Shown: positions 30,635 to 42,841 of the stretch, in pieces | Position numbering within the stretch: the first letter of the stretch is position 1 | Layout of the letters: every line of letters begins with the position of its first letter | DNA from: Eledone cirrhosa | Lineage: Eukaryota | NCBI GenBank assembly: GCA_964016885.1 | Contig: OZ024744.1 | Location: forward strand, 29,760,001 to 29,824,000 | Direction of reading: 5' to 3' | DNA: 64,000 nucleotides | The notes under the pieces: model-generated | Databases searched by the model: none | Told to the model about the DNA's origin: nothing | Seen by the model: only the letters and a program-made list of their open reading frames with translations | Translations under genes and position numbers: made by a program

Positions 30635-31272
30635 AAAGTCATGGGAAAGCTTTGGAGTTTGAAAGTTTGAATCTGACTTTAGACAAGTAAATAAATGTCC
30701 TGGCAGACCATCTGCCGACTTCATGAAAAGAAGCCTTCCTCTACACCTGCTATGAGGAATGCATCTGGGGTTCTCCTCTCTTCAGAGAGTTGCATCCTCG
30801 CGAGGTGGAGAGAATACTTTCACTGATCCCCTAAACCCGATCACAACACCATGTATGGATGTACACGAGATGCATCTGGGAGCGGTGATTAATCTCTCAA
30901 AGGCTGAGGTCACAAAAGCAGTTAAAGAACTCAAATGTGGCATAGGCGCTGGGAAAGATAAAATCCATCTCAAGATATTAAAAGCCTTAAATAGAGAAGG
31001 TATTCTCTGGCTGACACGTGTGTGCCTGGTGGCATGGATCTTTGGAAAGACACCAAAGTGATGGCAATTGGGAGTGATAATCCTAATTTGCAAAATGGGA
31101 GACAAGAGAGATGGTTTCAATTACAGAGGGATCTCTTTGTTAATCCTCCACGGTAAAGTCTATGTTAAGTGTTTGGCAAAGAGATGCAGAGAAATTGTCT
31201 AGTCCAAGCTAGCTGATCAACAGTGTGGTTTTCGCACCGGACGCAGCACAGCTGACCAAATATTCACATTGT
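30635..31272 (+). pseudogene. Decayed RTE-clade non-LTR retrotransposon fragment (pre-RT region and RT N-terminus)
   Basis: Interrupted translation: ...ILARWREYF...EVTKAVKELKCGIGAGKDKIHLKILKAL...WLTRVC...TPK*WQLGVIILICKMGD...NYRGISLL...GKVY...QQCGFRTGRSTADQIFTL. These are RTE-type RT motifs with stops and frameshifts. Confidence 0.88.
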
Positions 31273-31283
31273 GGAAATTAATA

Positions 31284-31563
31284 TCCCTAACTGGCTCCTT
31301 AGTTGGCCTTATGGTTGCAACAGTCCTGGGTACGCAGATTAATAAAGAAACTCTCTGATATGTGCGCCCTAGTTGGCTCCCTAGTTGACCTTATGGTAGC
31401 AACAGTCCTGGGTACGCAGTATAATAAAGCGGCTCTCTGTGTGCGCCCTAGTTTAACTTATGGTAGCAACAGTCCTGGGTACACATTATAATAAAGCGGC
31501 TCTCTGTGTGTGCCCTAGCTGGCCCCCTAGTTGGCTTTAATGGTAGCAACAGTCCTGGGTACT
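31284..31563. repeat. ~80-bp minisatellite, ~3.6 copies (core TATGGTAGCAACAGTCCTGGGTAC)
   Basis: Core plus CCCTAGTTGG occurs four times, with unit starts at about 31286, 31367, 31446 and 31513. Confidence 0.9.
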
Positions 31564-31849
31564 CATCAAAGACGTTTATTCATTTATTTATTGATTACAT
31601 GAAATTACATTTAATTATACAAATTCGTATAAAACTGTGATCATTTAAGGTTCAGTAATGCGCCTTTCATGTCTTAATAGTAGCATCAACACTGGGTATA
31701 TTTAATCCGGCACCCGGTTTCACCTCTCTAAGCTGGGTTCTTTTACCGAAGTCAAAAAATGCAGTTCACCTTTGCTGTCTGAAGGCAGAGAATCGTCGAC
31801 ATTTACGAGTTCTTTAACGATTCCTTCCCTCCTCGCAATGAATCCAATG

Positions 31850-32056
31850 GTTGGCAGTATTGGCTGAGGGTCGGACGCTATGCTTTGCATAATAAAGTTA
31901 CGGCCCTTTATGATCTGCGTTCAAATCCCGACGAAGTTAACTTTGCCTTTCATCCTTACGGGGTCGATAAAATAAAGTACCAGTAATGCATTGGAGTTGA
32001 TGTAATCGACTGCCACTCCCCCAAAATTGCTGGCCTTGTGCCTATATAAGAAACCA
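31850..32056 (+). mobile_element. tRNA-derived SINE (cephalopod-type)
   Basis: B-box-like GTTCAAATCCC followed by the core TTAACTTTGCCTTTCATCCTTACGGGGTCGATAAAATAAAGTACCAG, shared with copies at 33.7, 51.4, 51.8 and 59.0 kb. Confidence 0.85.
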
Positions 32057-32504
32057 ATGAATCCCTCCCTCACCACACCATGTACCCCACCATCCCGTCA
32101 TCCTTCCCATCCCTCGAGACATTTAAAAAAAAAATTTTCCCGAATTAAAATTGTGTTATTTTTCTCTCCTCTGGTTATATTTGTATTCATTCAGCAATCG
32201 ATAAGATCGATCGACACCAGCAATCAAATATTGTTTTATTTTTATGACCCCACCCCACAAATGAGATGAAATGTAAAATTAATTGTGGTGGGAATTTCAA
32301 CCCCAAAACATAAATAACCGGAAATAAATACCACGACACATTTCTCATGTGTCACTGCTAATCTAAACAACATCTGTTGTAATATCACGACTTTAGTAAT
32401 ATAGCTATTTCACAGTTACCTCCCTTGCACTATTACCTAATATATTTATTTATGCTTTCAACACGGTAACATGAAAACAAAAATGTCTCTATATGTTTAC
32501 CCGC

Positions 32505-32650
32505 TTACTGCTTTCAGTCATTAGGCCGCGGCCATACTGGAGCACCGTCTTCAATTTAGTCCATTATATCGACCGACCCAGGTATTAATCTTCTTCAAGC
32601 CTGATACTTATTTTATCAATCTATTTTTGTCGAACCGTTAGGTTACATGA
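32505..32650 (-). mobile_element. Degenerate SINE 3' portion (second family)
   Basis: TTTCAGTCAT..GCGGCCATACTGGAGCACCG...ATCGACC...TACTTATTTTATC resembles a common octopus SINE tail as recalled, not searched. Confidence 0.55.
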
Positions 32651-32763
32651 CAAACATAGGACAGGCACAAACATAAACACAGACACAGAAACACATACTC
32701 ACACACATATATACATGCACACACACACACACACACACACACATACATATATATATATAAATA

Positions 32764-33286
32764 TGAGAAGAATTGAGTACTGCGTGGTTGCACATGGGTT
32801 ACATATGAATAAGATTAGTCCTTCATCAGTGATTTTCCAACCTTCATTGGTATTTCATCGCTTTAAAAATCATATACCTCTGGTTGGTGCGAGCAATAAC
32901 TAAATAAAGTTATTTGGACAAGTAAAATAGCGTGAAGCGAGCGAGACATGAAAACAAACTCACTCTCTGCTTCTCCCCTCTCACTTCCTCCCGTTTGGCC
33001 TGTGTGGGGTCCTTTCTCACTCACACCTCACCCATGTCGGATGGTCTGTATATCTCTCTCGCCCATGAAATTCACCCAGCTTAAACTGAATAGATATCCT
33101 GTACTTGTCTCTTCCTATCTTTCCGTTGCCATACCATCTTTGTTTGTTGACATGTCTCGCTCGCTTCACGCTATTTTACTTGTCCCAATAACTTTATTTA
33201 GTTATTGCTCGCACCAACCAGAGGTATATGATTTTTAAAGCGATGAAATACCAATAATGAAGGTTGGAAGATCACTGATGAAGGAC

Positions 33287-33290
<4 letters not shown>
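32764..33290. mobile_element. Inverted-repeat insertion (arms 32814-32950 / 33151-33290) between TA tracts; likely PLE-derived
   Basis: ~137-bp arms with few mismatches and one 3-bp indel. The arm contains CTGATGAAGGAC (5' half of an HHR core) but no matching GAAA half. Confidence 0.65.
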
Positions 33291-33336
<46 letters not shown>

Positions 33337-33705
33337 TATATTTTGAGAATAAACTCTCAGTCATTTACAATAATTAAGCTCCAGGAATCATGGCTGTTGC
33401 CAATATAATATTGTCTTTATTGACTTATATCGAGACAGACAAATTGTATTCACTTTTATTAGTTTATTTCATTAATAGCTAACTTTGTCTGTTGCAATGT
33501 AAACACATTTCGTGTTTATCGTACACTTTAAATGTATATATATATATATGCATTAGTGCGACAGAAACGCGAGTGCGGGAACCACTATAGGCACCCGTTT
33601 TACGTGTGTTGTGTTGAAGTAAATAACTGTGTATACTCTGGGAACGTATCTTACATCACCCATGGAGTACGCTGAGATACAACCGGTACTGGCATTGATA
33701 AATAT

Positions 33706-33888
33706 GCTGGCAGTATCGGTAGAGGGTCAGACGCCATGCTTTCCAGCATATAGTTACGTCCCTTTACGATCTGTGTTCAAATTCCGCCAAGGTTAACTTT
33801 GCCTTTCATCCTTACGGGGTCGGTAAAATAAAGTAGCAGTAATACACTGAAATAATTGCTAGCCTTGTGCCAAAAGTAGAAACAATTA
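33706..33888 (+). mobile_element. tRNA-derived SINE (same family as 31850)
   Basis: GTTCAAATTCCGCC..GGTTAACTTTGCCTTTCATCCTTACGGGGTCG core; tail GCCTTGTGCCAAAAGTAGAAACAATTA. Confidence 0.87.
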
Positions 33889-33999
33889 TATATATATATG
33901 TGTGTGTGTATATATATATGTATGTGTGTATATATATATATATATAGATATAGGGGTATGATTCTCGCTTTGGTATATATATTTGGTATATATATGTAT

Positions 34000-34543
34000 G
34001 TCAGGTCACCAGTTGGTGCTACTGGTAACATGTATCCCAGTACAACCTGTCTCATGGTCGGGTCGTTGGCGACTAAACTGGCAACCCCACCTGCAGGACT
34101 AAAAACAAAACCTGTCAAAGGGCAAAGGAGCTCTTAAGAGTCAATGGCCATCCAAAATCACTGGGAGAGATGACCCCTTAGCCTTTGTCAAGGCAGAATT
34201 CTAGGAGAAGGAAAACTCTGATATAACACCTGCAACCCTGATGGTTTCCAATGATGTTGACTTGTTCTTCTTTTTGGTAAATATCATCTTGGTTAAGAGA
34301 GTGGGACTGGCTTTGTGCAGTGCCTTTGCTCACTATAAAAGCTTCACGGCACAGGCATTGCTTGATATCTGGAGATCTCTCTGCACTTGTCGTCACATGG
34401 TGCCATGGGCCCAGCACTATGTGTCAATAATTGTCACAAGTGTAGTGTTTGTACCAGAGTTTTCATGTCGCTGGCTGGACTAAAAAGTCACACTTGTTCA
34501 GCGCATCAGTAGTGCGCCGTACTCGAAAACGTGTTGGCAGCCA

Positions 34544-34545
<2 letters not shown>
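34000..34545 (+). mobile_element. ~0.5-kb dispersed non-coding repeat, copy 1 (retroelement-UTR-like)
   Basis: High identity to 54070-54624 in opposite orientation. Both copies are flanked by TA-rich tracts. Strand assignment is tentative. Confidence 0.8.
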
Positions 34546-34633
<88 letters not shown>

Positions 34634-34754
34634 CATATTATATATATAACATATATATTATATATATATTTATATAACATATATATTATGTGCATATATA
34701 TATATAGAAGTGGTTACACAGCAGTTAGTTCAGCATACCGAGAACAATTGTTTC

Positions 34755-34797
<43 letters not shown>

Positions 34798-34828
34798 TGT
34801 ATACATATATATATATACCTATATATGA

Positions 34829-36766
34829 TGAACCTTTGGCATTGAAAAGACCACACTTCAACCTGAAAGATCACAAATCTAACTTTAACTCTAATCCTTC
34901 TATTAGACTTATATGTCCCTCCAAATCAGATATTGGAATAATTAGCAAAAAAATTTTAGATAGAGTCATCCCACAATTAAGAAAATACGTTATTTTACCA
35001 CTCTGGGAAAACACCTCCCAGGTAATTAATTGGTTTAAAAATATTAGGTGTAAATCTTCTGCTTCTTTCCTACAATTTGATATAGATAATTACTATTCTT
35101 CTATATCACCCATACTCCTGAACAAAGCATTAATATTTGCTAAAAATAGATCTAATTTAACTTCGGATGACATTAACATTATTACACATGCTAGACAAAC
35201 ACTTATTGAATTTCAGAATGAATACTGGACCAGAAACACATACATAATCTTTTTGATATTACTATGGGTTCAAGCGATTCCGCCCAAATTACTGATCTTG
35301 TGGGCCTCTTTCTCCTTTTCAACATAAATGCCTCTTTTCCCCACCTCAAAGGTGGTTTATATCGTGATGACTGTCTTCTTCTTTCTAACAACCTTAGCCT
35401 TTCAGAAATCGAAAAAAACAAAAAGCATATTAGAACTTTCCTTAAAGACTATTATAATCTTAATATTACTTTTGAAAAAACAAGTAAAGTAGTAAATTTC
35501 CTAGATATAACTTTAGATTTAGCTACGGGTATATACCAACCTTACCATAAACCTAACCAAAACTTACATTACATACACTCACAATCTAATCACCCTAAAT
35601 CTATCCTTAAAAACCTTGCATATAATATATCACTTAGAATTTCTAACCTTTCTTCTAACCAAGATGTATTTGATAAAAATGCGACCTTTTATAATGAAGC
35701 TCTAGATAGAAGTGGCCACAAAAATAGATTAGAGTATATACCTTCTACTAAAAATACTGAAAGCATACAGCATAATATTACCAACAAACACCAAATGAAA
35801 AGTACACACCTAAATGCCACCCACAGTATACCCCAAAATACTAAATCTTCTAATATAAAGTATAGTAACCCTCAAAAAACTACTCATCATACAACTATAA
35901 TAAATATTAATAATAAAACTCCTAATAAAAAAGATAAAACACCTAAATCTACAAATATAACTAAAAATAGTTGTGGTGAGATCATTAACATTAATCCTCC
36001 TAGTAAAAATCATGATACAACATATAAAAATAATAAAAATAATAAACAACATAGAAACCGTAATAGACGAGTTACTTGGTATAATGCTCCTTTTAATTTA
36101 CAAGTTAAGGATAATATTGCTAAAAAATTTTTTTATATCCTTGAGAAAAACTTCCCGCCAAACCACAAATACCATCAAATCTTAAATAGGTCTACAGTTA
36201 AATTCTCATACTCTACAACAAATAACATAAAACAAAATATAAGTGCATATAATGCATATAAATGTAAGAAAACCATAAGTATACCACCAGTACATCAAAT
36301 TAACAATAATATCTCCTCAAATACAGAATTAACGAAAGGATGTAACTGTAGAAACAAAACAAACTGCCCATTAAAAGGGAATTGTCTTGTTAACAACATA
36401 GTCTATAAATGTAATGTTAAAACTAAAGATTCTATTTGCTCATATATAGGAGCTACCTCTAACAATTTTAAGACAAGGTATAATACCCACAAACATAGCT
36501 TTAAAAATGCCGCACTGGCTAATACAACATCTCTAGCAGAAAAAATCAATAGTTATAAAAATAAAAATATAAAATATGATTTGACCTGGAGTGTGCTCAA
36601 AAGAGCCACCCCTTATCAAAATAATAGAAAGGAATGTAGATTATGTTCCCAAGAACTATTTGAAATAATGAGGTCTAGGGATATCTTATTAAATAAAAGA
36701 CAGGAATTAATTATATCGTGTAATCATAAACTAAAAAAAACATTTAAATATTATAAACCTAATTAA
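34829..36766 (+). pseudogene. 5'-truncated, frameshifted copy of the PLE ORF
   Basis: Starts at EPLALKRP. A 1-bp deletion near 35244 (CACATACA-TAATC vs CACATACAGTAATC) splits it into the two listed ORFs. The protein is otherwise the same as in the downstream copy. Confidence 0.93.
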
Positions 36767-38521
36767 TAACATTATTCTAGAATTTAATTTAATTTAAATG
36801 TTAGTTAACCTGTAAATTTAATTTAATTAATATTTTATTACAGATGAGAAAATATTATGTAATCATAAATTTTGAAAAACCTTTAAATATTACTAATATA
36901 TACTCAGTAATTTAATTTATAGATTAATTTTAATTTATTTTAACCTTTTATTATAATTTTTTTTTATTATAATTCTTTTACAGATAAAATATAACAAAAT
37001 AATATCATGTATCCAATGACGGAGAAAGAATTTTTAGTATTATAGACCTAATTAATATACATTTTGGAAATATATTTATTATTTGGTTTTAGTTTTAATC
37101 AACCTAAAACTTTAATTTTAATTTGCTTAAAATTAGTATCCTTGTACAGACGAATTGCAGAATGTCATGTAATCATAGAATGGGATGTGTTTTGGATATA
37201 TACCTAGTTAATATATTCTGTGCAATTTTTTGAAAAAGGTATGTATATCTATATGTATATGTATATGTGTGTGTTGTGTATGTGTATCTGTATGTATGTT
37301 TATGTGAGTATATATGTATATATGTGTATATATATGTATATATATATATATATGTGTGTATATGTATATATATGTGTATGTGTATGTATATGTATATGTA
37401 TGCGTATTAATTTTGATTTTTATTTGCATATAATTATATTATGCTATTGATGAAATACAATATCTGCTTTATGTATTGTATACCTAATTAACATATACTA
37501 ATTAACGTATACTATTGAAATAAATATATAATTTTTAATTTAGTTAACATATAATTTATATGCTACTACCGATGTAATACTTTATTTTATTTTTATTTGG
37601 GTTTCTTTTCCCTATTACTAAATTCATCTCCTAATATTGATACCATAACGTTATTAACTTTAATTTAGTTATAATGTAATTAATAATCTACTACTGTTTG
37701 ACTTCATAATTCTGCTTCAAATATTATAAACCTAACAAATTTACACCTTGGAAATCAATATGTTGACTATCTTTGGTTTAGTTAACATATGATTAATGGT
37801 ATACTTTTTTATTTTGAGATGCATAGATTTCGTATTTCCTAGCACTGAAAATATGTAAGAACATACATTGAATTAAGATACGGAAAATATTATATGTTTC
37901 TTGAAACATATATTTACTTTGATCCCCTTCTCCAAACCCCCCCTTTCCCCCATACTATTATCATCTGTTTTTGTAAGCGTATATGTATGAATATATGTGT
38001 AGGTGGGTGTCTATATAGGTTTTGGTATTTATTTCTAAATATAAAAATACATATATGAGCATGTAAATATGAATGTAAGATTGAGTGTGTATATATGATT
38101 GTACATACATATGTATGTATATATATGTATATATATGTATTATATATGTATGTGTATGTGAATGTGTGGTATGTATATGTGTATGTATATGTATATATGT
38201 GTATGTATGTGTATGCTTGTATATAGGAATATATATATGTGTATATATGTATGTATATGTATATGCGTGTTTGTATGTATGTGTATATGGGTTCTGTATA
38301 TATTTGTATGTCTCTCTATTTATATGTTTATCTTCGTATCTATGTGATATATGTGTGTGTGTGTGCACGTATGCATATGTATGTGTTTGTGTGTGTTTGT
38401 ATGTGTGTGTGTATATATATGTGTATTTGCGCACACTCACATACACATATATATATATATATATGTGAGTGTGTATGTGTGTCTGTGTGTGTGTGTGTGT
38501 GTGTATGTGTATATATATATG

Positions 38522-38553
<32 letters not shown>

Positions 38554-38555
38554 GA

Positions 38556-38587
<32 letters not shown>

Positions 38588-38677
38588 GGTGTCTATGTGT
38601 GAATATATGTCTTTATTCGTATGTGTGTATTTATGTATGTATATATTTATGTGTATGTATGTATGTGTATGTATGTA

Positions 38678-38738
<61 letters not shown>

Positions 38739-39029
38739 TATTCTTTATTATTATTGTAATATAACTTATGTGTATATGTGTATAAGTGAGGTTGTGTATT
38801 ATATATACTATGTGTATATATATGAGTAATGAAATATATATATATATATATATATATGTGCATGTCTGTTTTTTATGTGTGTGTATATATATATGTGTAT
38901 GTGTATATATATGTGTGTATATATATGTGTAAGTGTGTGTATGTGGATATATATATATATATATATATATATACTTGTGGGTGTTTGTATGTGTATTTAT
39001 GGTGGTATGAGTGTGTGGATATATATGTT

Positions 39030-39064
<35 letters not shown>

Positions 39065-39071
39065 GAGTCTA

Positions 39072-39130
<59 letters not shown>

Positions 39131-39899
39131 ATGTGTGTATGTGTTGCGCGTGTGTGTGTGTGTATTTATATCTTTTTATATGTGTATGTGTATGTTCGTG
39201 TAAATGTATGTGTGTGTATGACTGTATAGGTATGTGTGTATGTATGTATGTGTAGATATCTCTATGTGCGCGTACATGTATGTATGTGTATGTATATCTG
39301 TATGTGTATGTACATTATATTATATTTATTATATTTTATTGTTTTTATTTTTTTATTTTTCTTAATTTATAGATACATTTATATTAGGCAGTCTGGTCTG
39401 ACAATCTAATACTGACCCCTCCCCCCCCCTCCCACCTAATTTCTGTATCTTGATCTTGAAAAATGTGTGTGCCAGTGTTTTATGTGAGTGACTTAATTTC
39501 TATTTGCTTATGATTTTATATCCACATATATAAATGTGAGTGGGGGAGTGTGTGTGTTTGTATGTTCGTGGTTATGTGTATATTTATGCATATACGCACA
39601 TGTATGTGTGATTATACTGATATGTGTGAGTATGAAAAAAATATATTTATATGCTTGACTCCATAAGTATCATTGCGTATCTTATCAGCGCATTAAGCTT
39701 ACAGAGATATTAACCTTGAAATTTTGTGTTTGCATCCATCTTTTTAGTATGCACATACAAATTATACACACATTATTGTAAAATATGTGTAAGGTTTTTA
39801 CATGTATATACACACACCAAACTGCTTTTAACCCTTTGTGTTTTCATTGGTCAATTTTGAACTGATATTTTGAATTGTTGTTATTATCAATAAATATAC

Positions 39900-40054
39900 T
39901 TCATTATTTCTGAAGACGGCGTATATATGAGTTAGGTATGTATATTTAATCTTGATAATTTGTATAATTTTGTATAATTTTGTACATAGATCTGTTAAAT
40001 ATGCATACCAATTATAACACATATATACCCTAGAAACGATCGTTAAATAGTGAA
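39900..40054 (+). ncRNA. Type I hammerhead ribozyme with long stem II (PLE copy 1)
   Basis: Stem I TTCATTATTT/AAATAGTGAA; core CTGAAGA 39910-39916; stem II GTATATATG/CATATATAC and GGTATGTATATTTAA/TTAAATATGCATACC; GAAA 40033-40036; palindromic stem III AACGATCGTT; GUU cleavage triplet. Confidence 0.85.
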
Positions 40055-40399
40055 CTTTTTTTGTTTAATATAAGGAATTGTTTGTTCATTATTTGTTTAA
40101 TATTTTATCTTGACTCTGTATACCGTTTATCTTTCACCGAAAGTGGATTTTCATTACATCTCTTCTTTCCATGATATCCGGAATACATTGAGTTCTTCAT
40201 ACGGATTGGACACTACCGTAAACTCTTGGTAGATTTATCTACATAATTTTGCTCCTATTTTCACGGAAATATTCGTATTTTTGTACTGTATGTGTGTATT
40301 AATTTTATATTTATGTATAAACATATATATATATGTATGATTTTGTAAACCCATATACATTTAGTTGAGCTCTTTCAATTGTCCATCATCCATATCACA

Positions 40400-42841
40400 A
40401 TGGAAAAACAATATTTAGGAACCTCCTTAAAAAACATACCAATACCTTCTAAGGACGACTTCTTACTCCTTATGATTCAGAAAACTAATAATTTTATCAG
40501 AAGGGTTAGATGGAGAGCCTACCACTTCGATAGGAAATCTAAACAAGCAGATCGGAAATATATGTATGATTTCAACACTTACAAGAATCCACCACACAAC
40601 TTTTTACTTGAAGACTTCGAGAAAGACCTTTTTAATTTAATTAAACACCTCAAATTTAAAAAGTATAAATCCGTCTTTCAAAAGGACCTTGATTCTACCC
40701 TATTGGACCTAAAAAAGTCTAAAAAAATCCATGTCCACTCGGACAAAACTGGTAACTTGTATCATATGGATATTGAACATTATAATGAGTTCATATATAA
40801 AGAACTCAGAAAAAATTATAAAAAATCTAATAATGTGTCACTCACCAACATCAACAACAAAACACACAACATAGTAAAAAAACTAAATATTGAAGATAGA
40901 ACTGAACCTTTGGCATTGAAAAGACCACACTTCAACCTGAAAGATCACAAATCTAACTTTAACTCTAATCCTTCTATTAGACTTATATGTCCCTCCAAAT
41001 CAGATATTGGAATAATTAGCAAAAAAATTTTAGATAGAGTCATCCCACAATTAAGAAAATACGTTATTTTACCACTCTGGGAAAACACCTCCCAGGTAAT
41101 TAATTGGTTTAAAAATATTAGGTGTAAATCTTCTGCTTCTTTCCTACAATTTGATATAGATAATTACTATTCTTCTATATCACCCATACTCCTGAACAAA
41201 GCATTAATATTTGCTAAAAATAGATCTAATTTAACTTCGGATGACATTAACATTATTACACATGCTAGACAAACACTTATTGAATTTCAGAATGAATACT
41301 GGACCAGAAACACATACAGTAATCTTTTTGATATTACTATGGGTTCAAGCGATTCCGCCCAAATTACTGATCTTGTGGGCCTCTTTCTCCTTTTCAACAT
41401 AAATGCCTCTTTTCCCCACCTCAAAGGTGGTTTATATCGTGATGACTGTCTTCTTCTTTCTAACAACCTTAGCCTTTCAGAAATCGAAAAAAACAAAAAG
41501 CATATTAGAACTTTCCTTAAAGACTATTATAATCTTAATATTACTTTTGAAAAAACAAGTAAAGTAGTAAATTTCCTAGATATAACTTTAGATTTAGCTA
41601 CGGGTATATACCAACCTTACCATAAACCTAACCAAAACTTACATTACATACACTCACAATCTAATCACCCTAAATCTATCCTTAAAAACCTTGCATATAA
41701 TATATCACTTAGAATTTCTAACCTTTCTTCTAACCAAGATGTATTTGATAAAAATGCGACCTTTTATAATGAAGCTCTAGATAGAAGTGGCCACAAAAAT
41801 AGATTAGAGTATATACCTTCTACTAAAAATACTGAAAGCATACAGCATAATATTACCAACAAACACCAAATGAAAAGTACACACCTAAATGCCACCCACA
41901 GTATACCCCAAAATACTAAATCTTCTAATATAAAGTATAGTAACCCTCAAAAAACTACTCATCATACAACTATAATAAATATTAATAATAAAACTCCTAA
42001 TAAAAAAGATAAAACACCTAAATCTACAAATATAACTAAAAATAGTTGTGGTGAGATCATTAACATTAATCCTCCTAGTAAAAATCATGATACAACATAT
42101 AAAAATAATAAAAATAATAAACAACATAGAAACCGTAATAGACGAGTTACTTGGTATAATGCTCCTTTTAATTTACAAGTTAAGGATAATATTGCTAAAA
42201 AATTTTTTTATATCCTTGAGAAAAACTTCCCGCCAAACCACAAATACCATCAAATCTTAAATAGGTCTACAGTTAAATTCTCATACTCTACAACAAATAA
42301 CATAAAACAAAATATAAGTGCATATAATGCATATAAATGTAAGAAAACCATAAGTATACCACCAGTACATCAAATTAACAATAATATCTCCTCAAATACA
42401 GAATTAACGAAAGGATGTAACTGTAGAAACAAAACAAACTGCCCATTAAAAGGGAATTGTCTTGTTAACAACATAGTCTATAAATGTAATGTTAAAACTA
42501 AAGATTCTATTTGCTCATATATAGGAGCTACCTCTAACAATTTTAAGACAAGGTATAATACCCACAAACATAGCTTTAAAAATGCCGCACTGGCTAATAC
42601 AACATCTCTAGCAGAAAAAATCAATAGTTATAAAAATAAAAATATAAAATATGATTTGACCTGGAGTGTGCTCAAAAGAGCCACCCCTTATCAAAATAAT
42701 AGAAAGGAATGTAGATTATGTTCCCAAGAACTATTTGAAATAATGAGGTCTAGGGATATCTTATTAAATAAAAGACAGGAATTAATTATATCGTGTAATC
42801 ATAAACTAAAAAAAACATTTAAATATTATAAACCTAATTAA
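40400..42841 (+). CDS. Intact 813-aa PLE polyprotein: reverse transcriptase plus C-terminal GIY-YIG endonuclease (Naiad-type)
   Basis: N-terminal SLKNIPIP..FIRRVRWRA; RT motifs FDIDNYYSSI, MGSSDSAQITDLVG, YRDD, VNFLDITL; linker WYNAPF and CNCRNKTNCPLKGNC; nuclease IVYKC...YIGAT..FKTRYNTH...CRLC..E...LLNKRQE..CNH. First ATG is at 40400. Confidence 0.95.
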   Translation: MEKQYLGTSLKNIPIPSKDDFLLLMIQKTNNFIRRVRWRAYHFDRKSKQADRKYMYDFNTYKNPPHNFLLEDFEKDLFNLIKHLKFKKYKSVFQKDLDSTLLDLKKSKKIHVHSDKTGNLYHMDIEHYNEFIYKELRKNYKKSNNVSLTNINNKTHNIVKKLNIEDRTEPLALKRPHFNLKDHKSNFNSNPSIRLICPSKSDIGIISKKILDRVIPQLRKYVILPLWENTSQVINWFKNIRCKSSASFLQFDIDNYYSSISPILLNKALIFAKNRSNLTSDDINIITHARQTLIEFQNEYWTRNTYSNLFDITMGSSDSAQITDLVGLFLLFNINASFPHLKGGLYRDDCLLLSNNLSLSEIEKNKKHIRTFLKDYYNLNITFEKTSKVVNFLDITLDLATGIYQPYHKPNQNLHYIHSQSNHPKSILKNLAYNISLRISNLSSNQDVFDKNATFYNEALDRSGHKNRLEYIPSTKNTESIQHNITNKHQMKSTHLNATHSIPQNTKSSNIKYSNPQKTTHHTTIININNKTPNKKDKTPKSTNITKNSCGEIININPPSKNHDTTYKNNKNNKQHRNRNRRVTWYNAPFNLQVKDNIAKKFFYILEKNFPPNHKYHQILNRSTVKFSYSTTNNIKQNISAYNAYKCKKTISIPPVHQINNNISSNTELTKGCNCRNKTNCPLKGNCLVNNIVYKCNVKTKDSICSYIGATSNNFKTRYNTHKHSFKNAALANTTSLAEKINSYKNKNIKYDLTWSVLKRATPYQNNRKECRLCSQELFEIMRSRDILLNKRQELIISCNHKLKKTFKYYKPN

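Noticed and set aside
33240-33290. Complete hammerhead at CTGATGAAGGAC
   Set aside because: Only the 5' core is present; no stem II closure with GAAA in either arm.
37208-39255. ORFs rich in Y/I/C/V/M or H/T (also at 43-45, 49-52, 54 and 56-60 kb)
   Set aside because: Translations of TA, TG, CA, GA and AAT microsatellites.
40400-42841. Selenoprotein-type Naiad (in-frame UGA plus SECIS)
   Set aside because: The ORF has no in-frame TGA; the linker and C-terminal cysteines use TGT/TGC.
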